A stretch of 64,000 nucleotides of DNA from Flavobacteriales bacterium (GCA_020635855.1 JACJYZ010000003.1:49937-113936); one strand, 5' to 3'; counted from the first letter of the stretch, positions 1-9,499 are shown. Numbers and translations: made by a program. The notes: generated by a model from the letters alone, not told the origin.

Positions 1-420
1 TGAAGGATGCCATCTCTTGCTCTTGCTGTATGCAGTTGCTGTATGCTCTTGCTGTATACAGTTGCCGCATCCTCACCCCGCCAGGTGATCCTTCGCCATT
101 TCCTCCATTTTCTTCCTCAGCGACAAGGGCCGCATATCGGTCCACACTTCTTCGATGTAATCCAGGCATTCCTGTTTGGTGCCTTGTTTGCCGGCGGCAT
201 TCCACCCGAGGGGGACTTCCCGGTCGGCCGGCCAGATGTTGTATTGTTCTTCTGCATTCACGACAACCTGGTATTGGATGCCGTCGTCTTCAGGATCTTC
301 CCATGACATGGCGATGAGGTTTTGGTTTGGAGGGAAAGGTAGGGGAAAATTGGAAGGGATGTGTCATATGGTCATGCAATGGGTGTCGGTAGAATGACAC
401 ACAACATTGTAAAGGAATAT

Positions 421-1494
421 CTACTCCTTCACCCACCTTACACACTTCACTCCGTCCATACCTTCAATCATCACGTTGTACAATCCGGCCGGAAGATTTT
501 CCGTGGGGAGGGTTGTGTGAAGATCGCCGGATGATCCGACCTGCAAGGTCTGTTCATGCACCACCTGTCCGACCGAATTGATCATCCGTGCACGGTATAT
601 GCAATCACCCGCACTCTGCACATGCAACGTTGGATTGACATGATCACCGGCCGGGTTGGGGTAGAGCGTGGCGGTGAAGGCTTGCTGATCTTTTTGAGGA
701 AGGGTGGTGGCCACCTGGTATACGCGCACGTAATCCACGAACATCGTATCCGGGAAAACAGTGGTGCCGTCGGGGTATCCGGGCCAGTTGCCGCCTACAG
801 CCATATTCAGGATGATGAACTGGGGACTATGAAACTCTTCGGTGCTGTTGATGTTGTTGGAGATGTTGCCCTCCCAGTATTGGGTGCCATCCAGGAACCA
901 GCGGATGGCGGTGTTGTCCCACTCGATACCATACACGTGGTAGTCAGTGGCTGTGCAGGTGGTGTTGCCTCCGTACTGGGCATGGCCGTTGTTGTCCCAA
1001 TGCATGGTACCGTACGTTTTCGTTTCGGTGTTGATGTGTTCCATGATGTCGATCTCCCCACACTTGGGCCAGCCCACCTGGGTGATGTTCTCGCCCAGCA
1101 TCCAGAAGGCGGGCCAGATGCCTTTGCTTTGCTGCAGTTTGATGCGTGCCTCCACCTTGCCATAGGTCCAGTTCTGAAGGCCCTGCGTTTTCATTCGTGC
1201 AGAAGTGTAGTCGCTTCCTTTGTACGATTCTTTCCTGGCGATGATGAGCAGGTTGCCGTTGTGGGTGACGGCGTTCTCGGGGCGGTTGGAGTAGTATTCC
1301 CATTCGTTGTTACCCCATCCGCCGGCACCGGTTTCGAAAACCCAGTTGGCGGCATTGATGCTGTCGATGTCGAACTCATCCGACCAGACGAGTGACCAGG
1401 ATTGGGCTTGTACGTTCGGGGCAATGAGCATCAGTGCAAACGACAGGACACGGACCAGAGGTCCGCGCCAGCGGGTGGGAAGGTGGTGTGGCAT
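421..1494 (-). CDS. Glycoside hydrolase family 16 beta-glucanase (laminarinase-like), secreted, with T9SS C-terminal sorting domain
   Basis: Signal peptide MPHHLPTRWRGPLVRVLSFALMLIAPNVQAQ. GH16 catalytic motif GEIDIMEH (ExDxxE). ConA-like jellyroll signatures WSLVWSDEFD and WPAFWMLG. C-terminal ~80 aa resemble a Por/T9SS CTD (YPNPAGDHV ... YNVMIEGMDG). ATG confirmed at 1492-1494 (minus). Confidence 0.85.
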   Translation of the reverse strand: MPHHLPTRWRGPLVRVLSFALMLIAPNVQAQSWSLVWSDEFDIDSINAANWVFETGAGGWGNNEWEYYSNRPENAVTHNGNLLIIARKESYKGSDYTSARMKTQGLQNWTYGKVEARIKLQQSKGIWPAFWMLGENITQVGWPKCGEIDIMEHINTETKTYGTMHWDNNGHAQYGGNTTCTATDYHVYGIEWDNTAIRWFLDGTQYWEGNISNNINSTEEFHSPQFIILNMAVGGNWPGYPDGTTVFPDTMFVDYVRVYQVATTLPQKDQQAFTATLYPNPAGDHVNPTLHVQSAGDCIYRARMINSVGQVVHEQTLQVGSSGDLHTTLPTENLPAGLYNVMIEGMDGVKCVRWVKE

Positions 1495-1507
1495 GCTGCC
1501 AATGTAA

Positions 1508-1532
1508 GATGAAAAGGCACGGATTACAAATC
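1508..1532. repeat. Partial copy (core GATGAAAAGGCACGGATTACAAATC) of the intergenic repeat family seen at 5425-5534, 6243-6356 and 6633-6745
   Basis: 25-nt core identical to copy B (6320-6344). Lies immediately 3' of the LytTR gene stop (1538-1540) on the minus strand. On the minus strand it reads as hairpin plus TTTTC. Confidence 0.6.
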
Positions 1533-1537
1533 TGAAC

Positions 1538-2293
1538 CTATAACCGGAGCCGGGAGAGGCGGTTCAGCAATTCACCCTTTTTGCGGCGGGAAACCTCCAC
1601 ATGGTTTCCGTCGCTCATCAATACATAACCGCCATCACCCTTTACATATTTAACCACATGGTTCAGGTTGATCAGGTAAGAGTTATGGATGCGAAAAAAA
1701 TTCAGGTCAGACAGCAATTCCTCGTATTCCTTCAGGATGCGTGAAACAACCAGCCTGCTTCCGTTGGTCAGCGAGATCTCGGTGCAGCTTTCCATGGCTG
1801 TGCATCTGACAATCTCATCGGTATGTACCATCTGCAATCCGTCGAATGTGGGCACCGCAATCTTGGCCGATTTTCCCTTGGCTTGCAGGTTGGCCAGGAG
1901 AAGTTCAAGGTCGGATGAACGGAAGGAGGCGGAAGCTTGCTTTTGCTTCATCTTTTCCACCGCGGCGATGAGTTCATCGGGATCCACGGGCTTCAGGATG
2001 TAATCCAGCGCACTGTACTTGATGGCCTTGATCGCATAGTGATCGTAAGCAGTGACAAACACCACGCCGAATGTGGGCTCCTTTATTTTTTCGAACAACG
2101 TGAACCCATTCTGGAAGGGCATTTCAATATCCAGGAATATCAGGTCCGGGTTATGTTCTTCAATGGCTTTCAAGGTGCTGCTCACCGAATCGCAGTGTGC
2201 GGTTACTTTCACGTCAGCGCAATAGGTGGAGATGAGATGATCCAGGGTGATCCTGCTTTTCTCTTCGTCGTCAACAATCAGTGTTTTTAGCAT
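1538..2293 (-). CDS. LytTR-family two-component response regulator (receiver + LytTR DNA-binding domain)
   Basis: N-terminal receiver (LIVDDEE ... D-containing FLDIEMP). C-terminal LytTR signature FFRIHNSYLINLNHV. Adjacent and co-oriented with a LytS-type kinase. Confidence 0.9.
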   Translation of the reverse strand: MLKTLIVDDEEKSRITLDHLISTYCADVKVTAHCDSVSSTLKAIEEHNPDLIFLDIEMPFQNGFTLFEKIKEPTFGVVFVTAYDHYAIKAIKYSALDYILKPVDPDELIAAVEKMKQKQASASFRSSDLELLLANLQAKGKSAKIAVPTFDGLQMVHTDEIVRCTAMESCTEISLTNGSRLVVSRILKEYEELLSDLNFFRIHNSYLINLNHVVKYVKGDGGYVLMSDGNHVEVSRRKKGELLNRLSRLRL

Positions 2294-2340
2294 AAGGCGT
2301 ATTCAAAATATCAGTATCCGTTTGTCATTCCTTGTGTGCT

Positions 2341-5300
2341 TCATGACAGTGGAATGTGCAATTCAACGCGGGTTCCTATGGGGAAACCTTCCGCATCGGT
2401 CAGGTCAATTATTTCAACGCTCAATGCCCCTTTCCGGTGCTCATTCAAAATATCGAGTCGTTCTTTGGTGATCGACATTCCCATGGATTTGTGTTGTTTT
2501 GTTCTCGACCCGACATTGATCTCGGCGGACTTTTGTCTGCCTATTCCATTGTCTTCAATCACGCACAGCAGGTTGTTTTGCTCCATGCGGATGTCAATGA
2601 TTAATTTTCCTTTTTCCGTTTTGTGCATCAGGCCATGCCAGATGGCATTTTCCACATAGGGTTGGATCAGCATCGATGGGATATTGGTGTGGTTTACGTC
2701 CACATCCTCGTGTACGATAACATGGTATTCGAACCGGTTTCCGAAACGCAATGATTCCAGGTCGAGGTAGAGGTTCAATGCTTCGAGTTCTTTCTCCAAC
2801 GGGATCAGCGATGGCTTTGAATTGTCGATCACATAGCGGATCAGCCTGGCGAATTTGGACAAGTACTTTTGGGAAGACTTGGGATCATTACCGGTGATGA
2901 AGTATTGAACGGAGTTGATCGTGTTGAAGATGAAATGCGGGTTCATTTGCGCACGCAACGCTTTGAGTTCGGCCACGGACATCCGGGTTTTTCGGATCAT
3001 CCTCAACCGCTCCTGCCTTTGAATCACTTTCAATCTGTAGCGGAAGGCAAGGCCGATCAAAAGGCCGATCACGCCCATACCAATGAGCCTCACCGTCCAC
3101 GTATTCCACCAGGCCGGCCGGATGGTGAATTCGAGTGTGGCGGGCGTAGCGCTAAGAAAACCATCGCTGTTCATGGCATACACCACGAACCGGTAGGTGC
3201 CTTCAGGAAGTGTTTGGTATTTTACGGAAGTGTTGGTGCCATAGGTCCAATTGCTGTCGAGTCCTTCCAGCATGTACTTGTATTCCAACTGTCCCGGATT
3301 TTTGTATGAAAGGCCGATGTAGCGGATGGTGACATCATTCTGGTTGTGCATGAGGGCCGTCATACGGGTGGAGCTGTCGGGCAGGTTCCCATTGATCAGC
3401 ACCTTGTTGATATATATGGGAGGTGGGGTTCGGTCGTTTTTGATGTTGTCGGGATCAAATACGGTGATGCCGTTGTTGTGTGCGAGCCAGAGACGATCTT
3501 CCCTGGGAACGATGAAGTTCACTTCGTTGGTAAGCAGCCCGTTCCCTGCATTGTATGTTTCAACCGTATACTGAAAAGGTGTGTAGCTGCTGACAGTTAT
3601 TTTGTTCAATCCGTTGTTGGTTCCCACCCAAACATGTTGGTCGCCATCAACATACAACGTGCGGCACATATTGCTTGACAGGCCATCGCTCCGGCGGATA
3701 CGTAGGTAGCGCTTGTTCAGCCTCACCAGGATACCTTCACCCCGGGTGGCCATCCAAAGCGCATCATGGGCTCCTTCCGCAAATTCCACGATTCTGGCGG
3801 CGAGCTCACCATTGCCTTTGTTGCCTTCATACCGAAGGGCATGTTGTTCGTTCAGGGTATATATCCCGTTGATCGTGCAGATCCAGATGGTTCCATCGTG
3901 ATCTTCATAAAGGTTGTCGGCATAATAGGGGATGGTATCAACCAGCAGTTTTTCATGTTGCAGGTTGGAGTCTGCTTTTAGCACGGCGCGGTATTTCAGC
4001 ATGAGGATGTGGCCATCCCGCAGCTGGATAATTTTTTTTATGCCTTTTTCATCTGATCTCCGGAATTCATTTGTTGACGGAAGGAAGGTGAAGCCGGCAT
4101 TCCCCGTTTCAATGTGCAGGTAGCGGTCACGGTCGTTCCACATATCGGTGATCTCATTCCATCCTGTGGGCAGAATCCGGCCCCAGTCGGGTTTGATTGT
4201 TTGAACACCATGTTGGTTGAGAAAGCTTACCTCCCCGCTCAGGTGTCCGGTGACGATGTTGTTCCGGAACCGGCGCATGCAGGTGATGCCGCTTTGGGTC
4301 AGGCCGTCATCGGGGGTGAAGTACCTCAGGTTGCGATGAGGTATGCAATAGATGCCATGCCCTTTGGTACATATCCAAAGATTGTTTTCGGTATCACGGC
4401 AGACACTGGTGATGATCTTTTCCTCCAGTTTCCCGAAAAGTTCCGGCGATTCGGCATCGTAGTCCCCGAAGATCCGAATGCCACGATAGGTACCCACATA
4501 GGTAATGTGTGGGGTGTCTGCCAGCAGAGAGATCACGATGTCGTCGAAATGCTTCATGCTGATCAGGCCATCCCGATTGAACGTAAAAACAACGTTGTTC
4601 ACCGATGCCAGGTAGTGGTCATCCATGCGGTGAACGATGCAGCGCCCGGGGCCTGACAGGTTGCTTTGGCCGGTGTTGATGGTATACGGAGGCTGGTTCT
4701 GTGTGTACACGTTCAGAAGCAGTTGTTTGCCGGAAGCGCCGCCATATACCTGCCCGCCCGATTGGGTTTGGTAGAGGTAGGAGCCTTTCCTTGGCAGCGT
4801 GATTGTATCCACGGCGGCATTTGAACCGGGCGAGACCCTGATCAGGTAGTAGGAGGAGGTGCCCAGCCAGATGGTATCTTTAGGGCCAATGTACATGGAG
4901 GTGATGACGTCCCTTTGAATGGTCCGGGTAAGCGTTTCGTTCGCAGCAATGGTGTGAATTTTCCCATCCGTATAGCTGAAATAGGAGAGTTTACCCAGGG
5001 AAGACTGGAACCAGATGTTGTGGTTTCGATCTTCATAAACGCCAAAAATGGTGTTGTCTGTCAGTCCGTTTTCGGTGGTGAAGTTCGTGAAATGATAACC
5101 ATCGAACCAGCTTACCCCCATGTCTGTGGCAAACCACATATACCCTTTCGAATCCTGCAGCATGCCATACACCTCGGAGGAAGGCAGCCCGTCTTTCACA
5201 TTGAAATTCCGGAACTGGTAGAATTGCGCAGCACCCGGGAGCGACCAGGCAAGAAAAACAACAAACCATAGGGCTATGAATGGCCTTCGATGGTTTGTCG

Positions 5301-5382
5301 CTAGATGTTTTACCCCCCTCGAATGGTCTGGCATGAAGGTGAATGATAAGCGATTTTGTCTGTACTTATGGTAGGGGGGCAT
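2341..5382 (-). CDS. Sensor histidine kinase, LytS/YehU-type (His_kinase + HATPase), with large periplasmic two-component-regulator-propeller repeats and a Y_Y_Y domain
   Basis: Signal/TM segment FIALWFVVFLAWSLPGAAQ. Repeated beta-propeller motifs (YMWFATDMG, IWFQSS, IWLGTS, LWICT, LWMATRGEG, VWVGTNNG). Y_Y_Y-like EYKYMLEGLDSNWTY. Second TM LIGMGVIGLLIGLAFRY. LytS-type kinase motif MNPHFIFNTINSV. ATP-binding IEDNGIG. Alternative ATG at 5334. Confidence 0.85.
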   Translation of the reverse strand: MPPYHKYRQNRLSFTFMPDHSRGVKHLATNHRRPFIALWFVVFLAWSLPGAAQFYQFRNFNVKDGLPSSEVYGMLQDSKGYMWFATDMGVSWFDGYHFTNFTTENGLTDNTIFGVYEDRNHNIWFQSSLGKLSYFSYTDGKIHTIAANETLTRTIQRDVITSMYIGPKDTIWLGTSSYYLIRVSPGSNAAVDTITLPRKGSYLYQTQSGGQVYGGASGKQLLLNVYTQNQPPYTINTGQSNLSGPGRCIVHRMDDHYLASVNNVVFTFNRDGLISMKHFDDIVISLLADTPHITYVGTYRGIRIFGDYDAESPELFGKLEEKIITSVCRDTENNLWICTKGHGIYCIPHRNLRYFTPDDGLTQSGITCMRRFRNNIVTGHLSGEVSFLNQHGVQTIKPDWGRILPTGWNEITDMWNDRDRYLHIETGNAGFTFLPSTNEFRRSDEKGIKKIIQLRDGHILMLKYRAVLKADSNLQHEKLLVDTIPYYADNLYEDHDGTIWICTINGIYTLNEQHALRYEGNKGNGELAARIVEFAEGAHDALWMATRGEGILVRLNKRYLRIRRSDGLSSNMCRTLYVDGDQHVWVGTNNGLNKITVSSYTPFQYTVETYNAGNGLLTNEVNFIVPREDRLWLAHNNGITVFDPDNIKNDRTPPPIYINKVLINGNLPDSSTRMTALMHNQNDVTIRYIGLSYKNPGQLEYKYMLEGLDSNWTYGTNTSVKYQTLPEGTYRFVVYAMNSDGFLSATPATLEFTIRPAWWNTWTVRLIGMGVIGLLIGLAFRYRLKVIQRQERLRMIRKTRMSVAELKALRAQMNPHFIFNTINSVQYFITGNDPKSSQKYLSKFARLIRYVIDNSKPSLIPLEKELEALNLYLDLESLRFGNRFEYHVIVHEDVDVNHTNIPSMLIQPYVENAIWHGLMHKTEKGKLIIDIRMEQNNLLCVIEDNGIGRQKSAEINVGSRTKQHKSMGMSITKERLDILNEHRKGALSVEIIDLTDAEGFPIGTRVELHIPLS

Positions 5383-5424
5383 CCCCTTGCGTCAGATCAA
5401 AATTACCGTTTTTATGAATAGAAA

Positions 5425-5534
5425 TGTGTGTGACGGATGCTACTTGATAGCCCGGATGAAGGAGCAACCTTCGCCCACCGCATTCCAACATCAGGTATGA
5501 TGATAAAAGGCACGGATTGCAAATCCGCACCAGC
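5425..5534. repeat. Structured intergenic repeat, copy A (~110 nt)
   Basis: Aligns over its full length with copies B and C (GGATGCTNCGGGATNNCCGG-N-CGAAGG...CCTTCGCCCA-N-GATGNNAAGGCACGGATTGCAAATCCGCNCCAGC). Internal hairpins are kept by compensatory changes. Located between the OMP gene stop and the kinase start. Confidence 0.7.
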
Positions 5535-5568
5535 TACACGAACGTGAACGTACCCACCGGCAGGATAT

Positions 5569-6144
5569 TTATTTGGATGAATGCCTGCCCAACATCCAAC
5601 CGATCCCGAAGGTCAGGCGGTTCGGCTCGGACAGTTTGGCACCGCTTCCGGGAGAAAGTACCAACCCTTCGTAATGAGCATACAACATAAGCCGGTGAAT
5701 GCGAAGTGCCGGTCCGACCTTATAACCGACCCCGTCTTTGCGAATGGAAAGGTTGTTGTTCAGGTCGTGGTCAACGGCGAATATGCGGTTGTAGGTGGGG
5801 CCGCCTTCAACGGACAGCGGTCCGAGCAGGTGAAGGCCTACCATCACCGGGAACTGAATACGGTGCAGGGTGATGTGGGCGTTGTTGTCGTTGTTCACCG
5901 TACCGGTACGGAACAGGTACAGGGCTTCGGGTTGCAGGTAAATGCCGTTCATGTCGAGCCGGTAGAACAGTCCGGCTTCCATGCCGGTGATCTGGTTGCC
6001 GCTGATGAAATCTTTGAACGAATCATATTGGAGGCGGATGTTTCCGTTGCCGGCACCGGCTTTGATGCCCAGGCCCGATTGGGCATTCACTGCAGTGAAT
6101 GTGCCCAGCAACAGGATGAGGGATATATATCGGATTTGTCTCAT
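5569..6144 (-). CDS. Small outer-membrane beta-barrel protein (OmpA-like/porin family)
   Basis: Signal peptide MRQIRYISLILLLGTFTAVNAQ. ~170-aa mature part with alternating amphipathic strands and an aromatic-rich C-terminus, as in Bacteroidetes OMP_b-brl proteins. Confidence 0.6.
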   Translation of the reverse strand: MRQIRYISLILLLGTFTAVNAQSGLGIKAGAGNGNIRLQYDSFKDFISGNQITGMEAGLFYRLDMNGIYLQPEALYLFRTGTVNNDNNAHITLHRIQFPVMVGLHLLGPLSVEGGPTYNRIFAVDHDLNNNLSIRKDGVGYKVGPALRIHRLMLYAHYEGLVLSPGSGAKLSEPNRLTFGIGWMLGRHSSK

Positions 6145-6242
6145 GATACCATGCTTTTGTATATCCTAACGAAAAAATCGTTCCAATCTGTGTGAACGGG
6201 AGATGAAGAATGAAGGGTGGGATAGAAAGCGGTGTCGGATCC

Positions 6243-6356
6243 GGTGAGGTGTGGCGGATGCTTCGGGATGACCGGGCGAAGGTGAAACCTTTGCCCAACG
6301 CATTGCCGGATCAAACGTGGCGATGAAAAGGCACGGATTACAAATCCGCGCCAGCG
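6243..6356. repeat. Structured intergenic repeat, copy B
   Basis: See copy A. Contains hairpins GGGCGAAGGT/ACCTTTGCCC and GGCACGGATT/AATCCGCGCC. Confidence 0.7.
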
Positions 6357-6632
6357 GCTGGAATTGTCACATGATGTTGGTTTATATTCTTGTTATTGAA
6401 GCACAATGCCCTGTAGGACGATTTGTGTGCGGTTGGGAACGATATGGTGGGCAGCGTGGCGCGAAGGTGCCGTGCCTGATGGGATCGGGCAGGGCTGGCT
6501 GGTGCGGCAAACATCAGGCGCAGGGCATATATCGTTCTTGATTTTTTGGTTCTTTTTCATCAAGGAAAAACGAACAAAAAGAACAGAAGTGACATCGATC
6601 TGCCACCTGTCACTTAGCCGGTGGGTGAAAGT

Positions 6633-6745
6633 GGTGTGAGGTAGCGGATGCTACGGGATAGCCGGACGAAGGTACAACCTTCGCCCAACGGTTTGCTGAA
6701 TCAGATGTGACGATGTAAGGCACGAATTGCAAATCCGCGCCAGCG
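6633..6745. repeat. Structured intergenic repeat, copy C
   Basis: See copy A. Roughly 80% identical to copy B with stem-preserving substitutions. Confidence 0.7.
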
Positions 6746-6898
6746 CCACTAACATAAAACCGGCGACAACGACCCGCCACCTGCCCTCTAGCCGGGATAG
6801 CAGTGGAAAGGCACGCCTTGGCAGGGGTGGTGGCGATGGAGGCGGGACTTGCAACGGATAGCCCGACGGCAGTTGGAGAGAACGATAACCCGTCCGCT

Positions 6899-7561
6899 TC
6901 AGAAAGAATAGGAATAACTCACCCCGGTGATGAAAGACGTCCAGGGGTTCTTCACCTGCACTTCTTTGTTGATCATGTAAAACAGTTCTATGCTGCTGAA
7001 CTTGTTCAACTCATAGTCGACTCCGCCGCGAAAGCGCACCTTGGTGACCCACTCGTCCATGCGGTAGAAGATTTCCGATTCGAGGTAGGGCGTGTACTTC
7101 TTTTCCAGGTTGTATTTCAGGGTGAGGCGGCTGCGCAGGTAGTTCTTTGCAACATCGCCTTTTTCGCGGCGGTTGATGTCGTTGTAGCTCGACTGGTACC
7201 TTTCTCTCAGGACCAGGCTGAGGGGTTTGAACTTGATCTTGTAGGACAGGTCAATGTAATAGCGATGACGTTGGCTGTAGTGGTTGTCGGGTTCCCGTTC
7301 CTGCCCGAAACGATAGAAAGCGGAAGCCTCCAGGCGGCGCATGAGCTTGTATGAGCCGCCGATTTCGGTGAAGGCAGATCCCAGTTCGGATACATTCTCG
7401 TTCCAGCGGAGGGCCTGGCCAAGCTCAACGGAAAACGATTGTGTGAGCTTCTTTTTCGCTGAAGCTTGTAACCAGAGTCCGGCGTCTTTCACCTGCGCAT
7501 GGCAGATGACGGGGAGGACCAGCAGGCCGATAAAACAGGTTGCCAGCCGCCTATACCTCAT
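6899..7561 (-). CDS. DUF2490-like outer-membrane protein (predicted beta-barrel)
   Basis: Signal peptide MRYRRLATCFIGLLVLPVICHAQ. Y/R/K-rich amphipathic strands. C-terminal ...GVSYSYSF (aromatic terminal residue typical of OM beta-barrels). Start overlaps the upstream DUF4956 gene end by 11 nt. Confidence 0.5.
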   Translation of the reverse strand: MRYRRLATCFIGLLVLPVICHAQVKDAGLWLQASAKKKLTQSFSVELGQALRWNENVSELGSAFTEIGGSYKLMRRLEASAFYRFGQEREPDNHYSQRHRYYIDLSYKIKFKPLSLVLRERYQSSYNDINRREKGDVAKNYLRSRLTLKYNLEKKYTPYLESEIFYRMDEWVTKVRFRGGVDYELNKFSSIELFYMINKEVQVKNPWTSFITGVSYSYSF

Positions 7562-8174
7562 AGTAATAAATGCGGATGACAGCGGTGTCCCGGAGAAAGT
7601 CGACGCGGTGCAGGGTGATGCGGTTGATCTTGAGTCCGGTCCGTTGTTCCAGGTCTTTGATGAGTTCTTCGCGGTGTTCGGGTTTGATCATGTCTATGTT
7701 CTCATACTGGATGACCTTGGACGCTTCCTTCTTGATGAGGATGTTGCTTTCCAGCAGGTAGGTGACACCAATGATGATTGCGTTCAGTAAGATGAACTCG
7801 TCTGCGCTTCCCTTGGTGACGGCGGTCAGCAGACCGATGGCGATGACCAGAAACAGGTAGGTCATGTCTTTCATGGAGATGCCTTCGGTTCGGTATCGCA
7901 ACATGGAAAAGACGGCGAACAAGCCGAATGCGGCCCCCATGCTCATGTCTACCTTGTTGAGCAGGTAGGTGATCAGGAAGATGATCAGGTTGAAGATGAA
8001 GAACGTGAAGAAGTATTCCCGGTTGCGGTAGATGGGGTAGTAGATCAACCGAACCAGGACAAACACGGAGGCGAAATCCACGGCCAGCCTGACAAAAAAT
8101 TTCTCCGACAATTTATTGAAGAGGGTGAAGGCCTCTCTGGTGTTATCTTCGTTCAGTAGTTCAACGAGTAGCAT
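7551..8174 (-). CDS. DUF4956 domain membrane protein
   Basis: Four predicted TM helices in the N-terminal 130 aa (VRLAVDFASVFVLVRLIYY; FFTFFIFNLIIFLITYLL; MGAAFGLFAVFSMLRY; YLFLVIAIGLLTAV), then a soluble C-terminal domain. Family assignment from recalled DUF4956 signature. Start overlaps the VTC gene end by 14 nt. Confidence 0.6.
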   Translation of the reverse strand: MLLVELLNEDNTREAFTLFNKLSEKFFVRLAVDFASVFVLVRLIYYPIYRNREYFFTFFIFNLIIFLITYLLNKVDMSMGAAFGLFAVFSMLRYRTEGISMKDMTYLFLVIAIGLLTAVTKGSADEFILLNAIIIGVTYLLESNILIKKEASKVIQYENIDMIKPEHREELIKDLEQRTGLKINRITLHRVDFLRDTAVIRIYYYEV

Positions 8175-8919
8175 GTGCGAGTTTGTTTAATTGAGAGACC
8201 TTTAGCTTGAAATTGTTATGCTTGATGCCCTGGAAGAGGGCGATCACACCGAAACAATACTTGCTGACGGAGCCTTCCCTGATCTTGTATTTTTTCATGG
8301 CCCGGATGAAAGGGGAGGAGATGGAGTATTTCTCCTGCTTCACTTCTGCGATCACCAGGTTGTGTAGTTCGCGGGTGTCTTCGTCATTCCTGAATTGGAG
8401 ATCGAGGTCGATGGTGACCCGTTCGGTGGAATGTTTACTGACCAGCGTAATCCGCGAGTAATTTACCCAGATCTTTGCTTCCAGTTCCTCAGCGGGTAAA
8501 CTGGTTTTCTCCTTGAGCAGCACCTGCGCATGATCGGTGATCTTATCGTTGATCTGCGGTTGCTTCACCCGGTCTTTGATTGTACGGCCTTTGTTGTTTT
8601 TGAACTTCACCTCGAAGAAATTCAGTTCTGATTCCACATATTTCCGGAAGCGGATTTTGAACCGGTTCATTTTTCCCCGATGGTGGTTGTGGTACAGGTC
8701 GAATTCCGGGGTGTCGAAGTACAGCGACTCGTAGCGACTCACACGGTGGTGGTTCACTTCCAAGACCTGGTATTCGTCGCGAAGTTGGTCAAGGATGCCT
8801 GCCAGACGCGACAGCGGAAACACGAACTTGGTGTCTACACGGTTCATCAGCTTCACCCGGTCCATTTCTTCAAGAGAAACAGGATCAAATGTGTTCAGTA
8901 TGTCATGCAGCTGCTTCAT
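8161..8919 (-). CDS. VTC-domain protein (polyphosphate polymerase / CYTH-like tunnel domain)
   Basis: N-terminal ...MDRVKLMNRVDTKFVF... and K/R-rich beta-strand region (FKIRFRKYVESELNFFEVKFKNNKGRTIKDRVK), typical of bacterial VTC (Vtc4-like catalytic) domains. No signal peptide, so predicted cytoplasmic. Confidence 0.65.
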   Translation of the reverse strand: MKQLHDILNTFDPVSLEEMDRVKLMNRVDTKFVFPLSRLAGILDQLRDEYQVLEVNHHRVSRYESLYFDTPEFDLYHNHHRGKMNRFKIRFRKYVESELNFFEVKFKNNKGRTIKDRVKQPQINDKITDHAQVLLKEKTSLPAEELEAKIWVNYSRITLVSKHSTERVTIDLDLQFRNDEDTRELHNLVIAEVKQEKYSISSPFIRAMKKYKIREGSVSKYCFGVIALFQGIKHNNFKLKVSQLNKLAHATR

Positions 8920-8922
8920 GAA

Positions 8923-9486
8923 TCAGTATTCATACCTGTACTTCCGGGTTTGTTTCAGGGTGCCGTTTCCGTCGTATGTTTTCTTCTCGGTTTTCATGCC
9001 GTACTTGTCATACGTAAAAACAACTTTTTTGATCACCTTTCCTTCTGAATCATACGTCGTCTCCTGGGTTTTCTCTCCCATGGCGTTGTACGAGAATCCG
9101 GTTTTTTTCACCACGTTGCCCTTCCCGTCGTAGACCGTTTCCAGCTTGGGATCCTTCCCGTTGTATTCGGTGGTTTTGCGTTCTGCAACGGCGCCGGTTT
9201 CATCGTAGGTCACCTCCTCCACCTCGTCGTTGTTCTTGTTGTACTTGTGAGCTTTCTTCTCCTTCAGGCTGCCGTCTTTTGCGTATTCTTCCTTGGCGGT
9301 GACATTGGCGTTGGCATCGTATTTCTTAAACGACTCCGTGTGCTCTTTGTCCGTGCCGGCATCCACCACGGTAACGGTCACCGACCGGATGTGCAGTTTC
9401 TTCACATCCTTCTTGCTTTGTGCAAACACGTGACCGAAGGAACAGCAAGAAAGTGCGATGCAGAGATATAGGTATATGTAGCGCAT
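8923..9486 (-). CDS. Repeat lipoprotein (tandem ~23-aa TYD...G...K repeats)
   Basis: Signal/lipobox-like MRYIYLYLCIALSCCSF. At least 6 tandem repeats of the pattern (T)EYxxxG/KxxKKTxYDxxGxV. ATG at 9484-9486; the longer ORF start uses an upstream in-frame M. Confidence 0.5.
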   Translation of the reverse strand: MRYIYLYLCIALSCCSFGHVFAQSKKDVKKLHIRSVTVTVVDAGTDKEHTESFKKYDANANVTAKEEYAKDGSLKEKKAHKYNKNNDEVEEVTYDETGAVAERKTTEYNGKDPKLETVYDGKGNVVKKTGFSYNAMGEKTQETTYDSEGKVIKKVVFTYDKYGMKTEKKTYDGNGTLKQTRKYRYEY

Positions 9487-9499
9487 GGTCCGGAGGGTA

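Noticed and set aside
556-1395. 279-aa plus-strand ORF antisense to the GH16 gene. The same pattern recurs at 4114-4656, 10075-11619, 26126-27229, 32693-33289, 39733-40377, 42264-43358, 44764-45492, 54052-54960 and 55751-56482.
   Set aside because: These are long antisense ORFs in a GC-rich genome. Their translations are low-complexity and R/G/P/H-rich with no motifs. Each fully overlaps a gene with strong family signatures on the other strand.
5425-6745. Interpretation of the ~110-nt repeats as tRNA genes or pseudogenes, based on a CGGAUU-ACAAA-UCCG anticodon-like hairpin
   Set aside because: No acceptor, D or T-arm (no GTTCRANYC) can be drawn, and lengths and structures do not fit a cloverleaf. 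Treated as a novel repeat instead.
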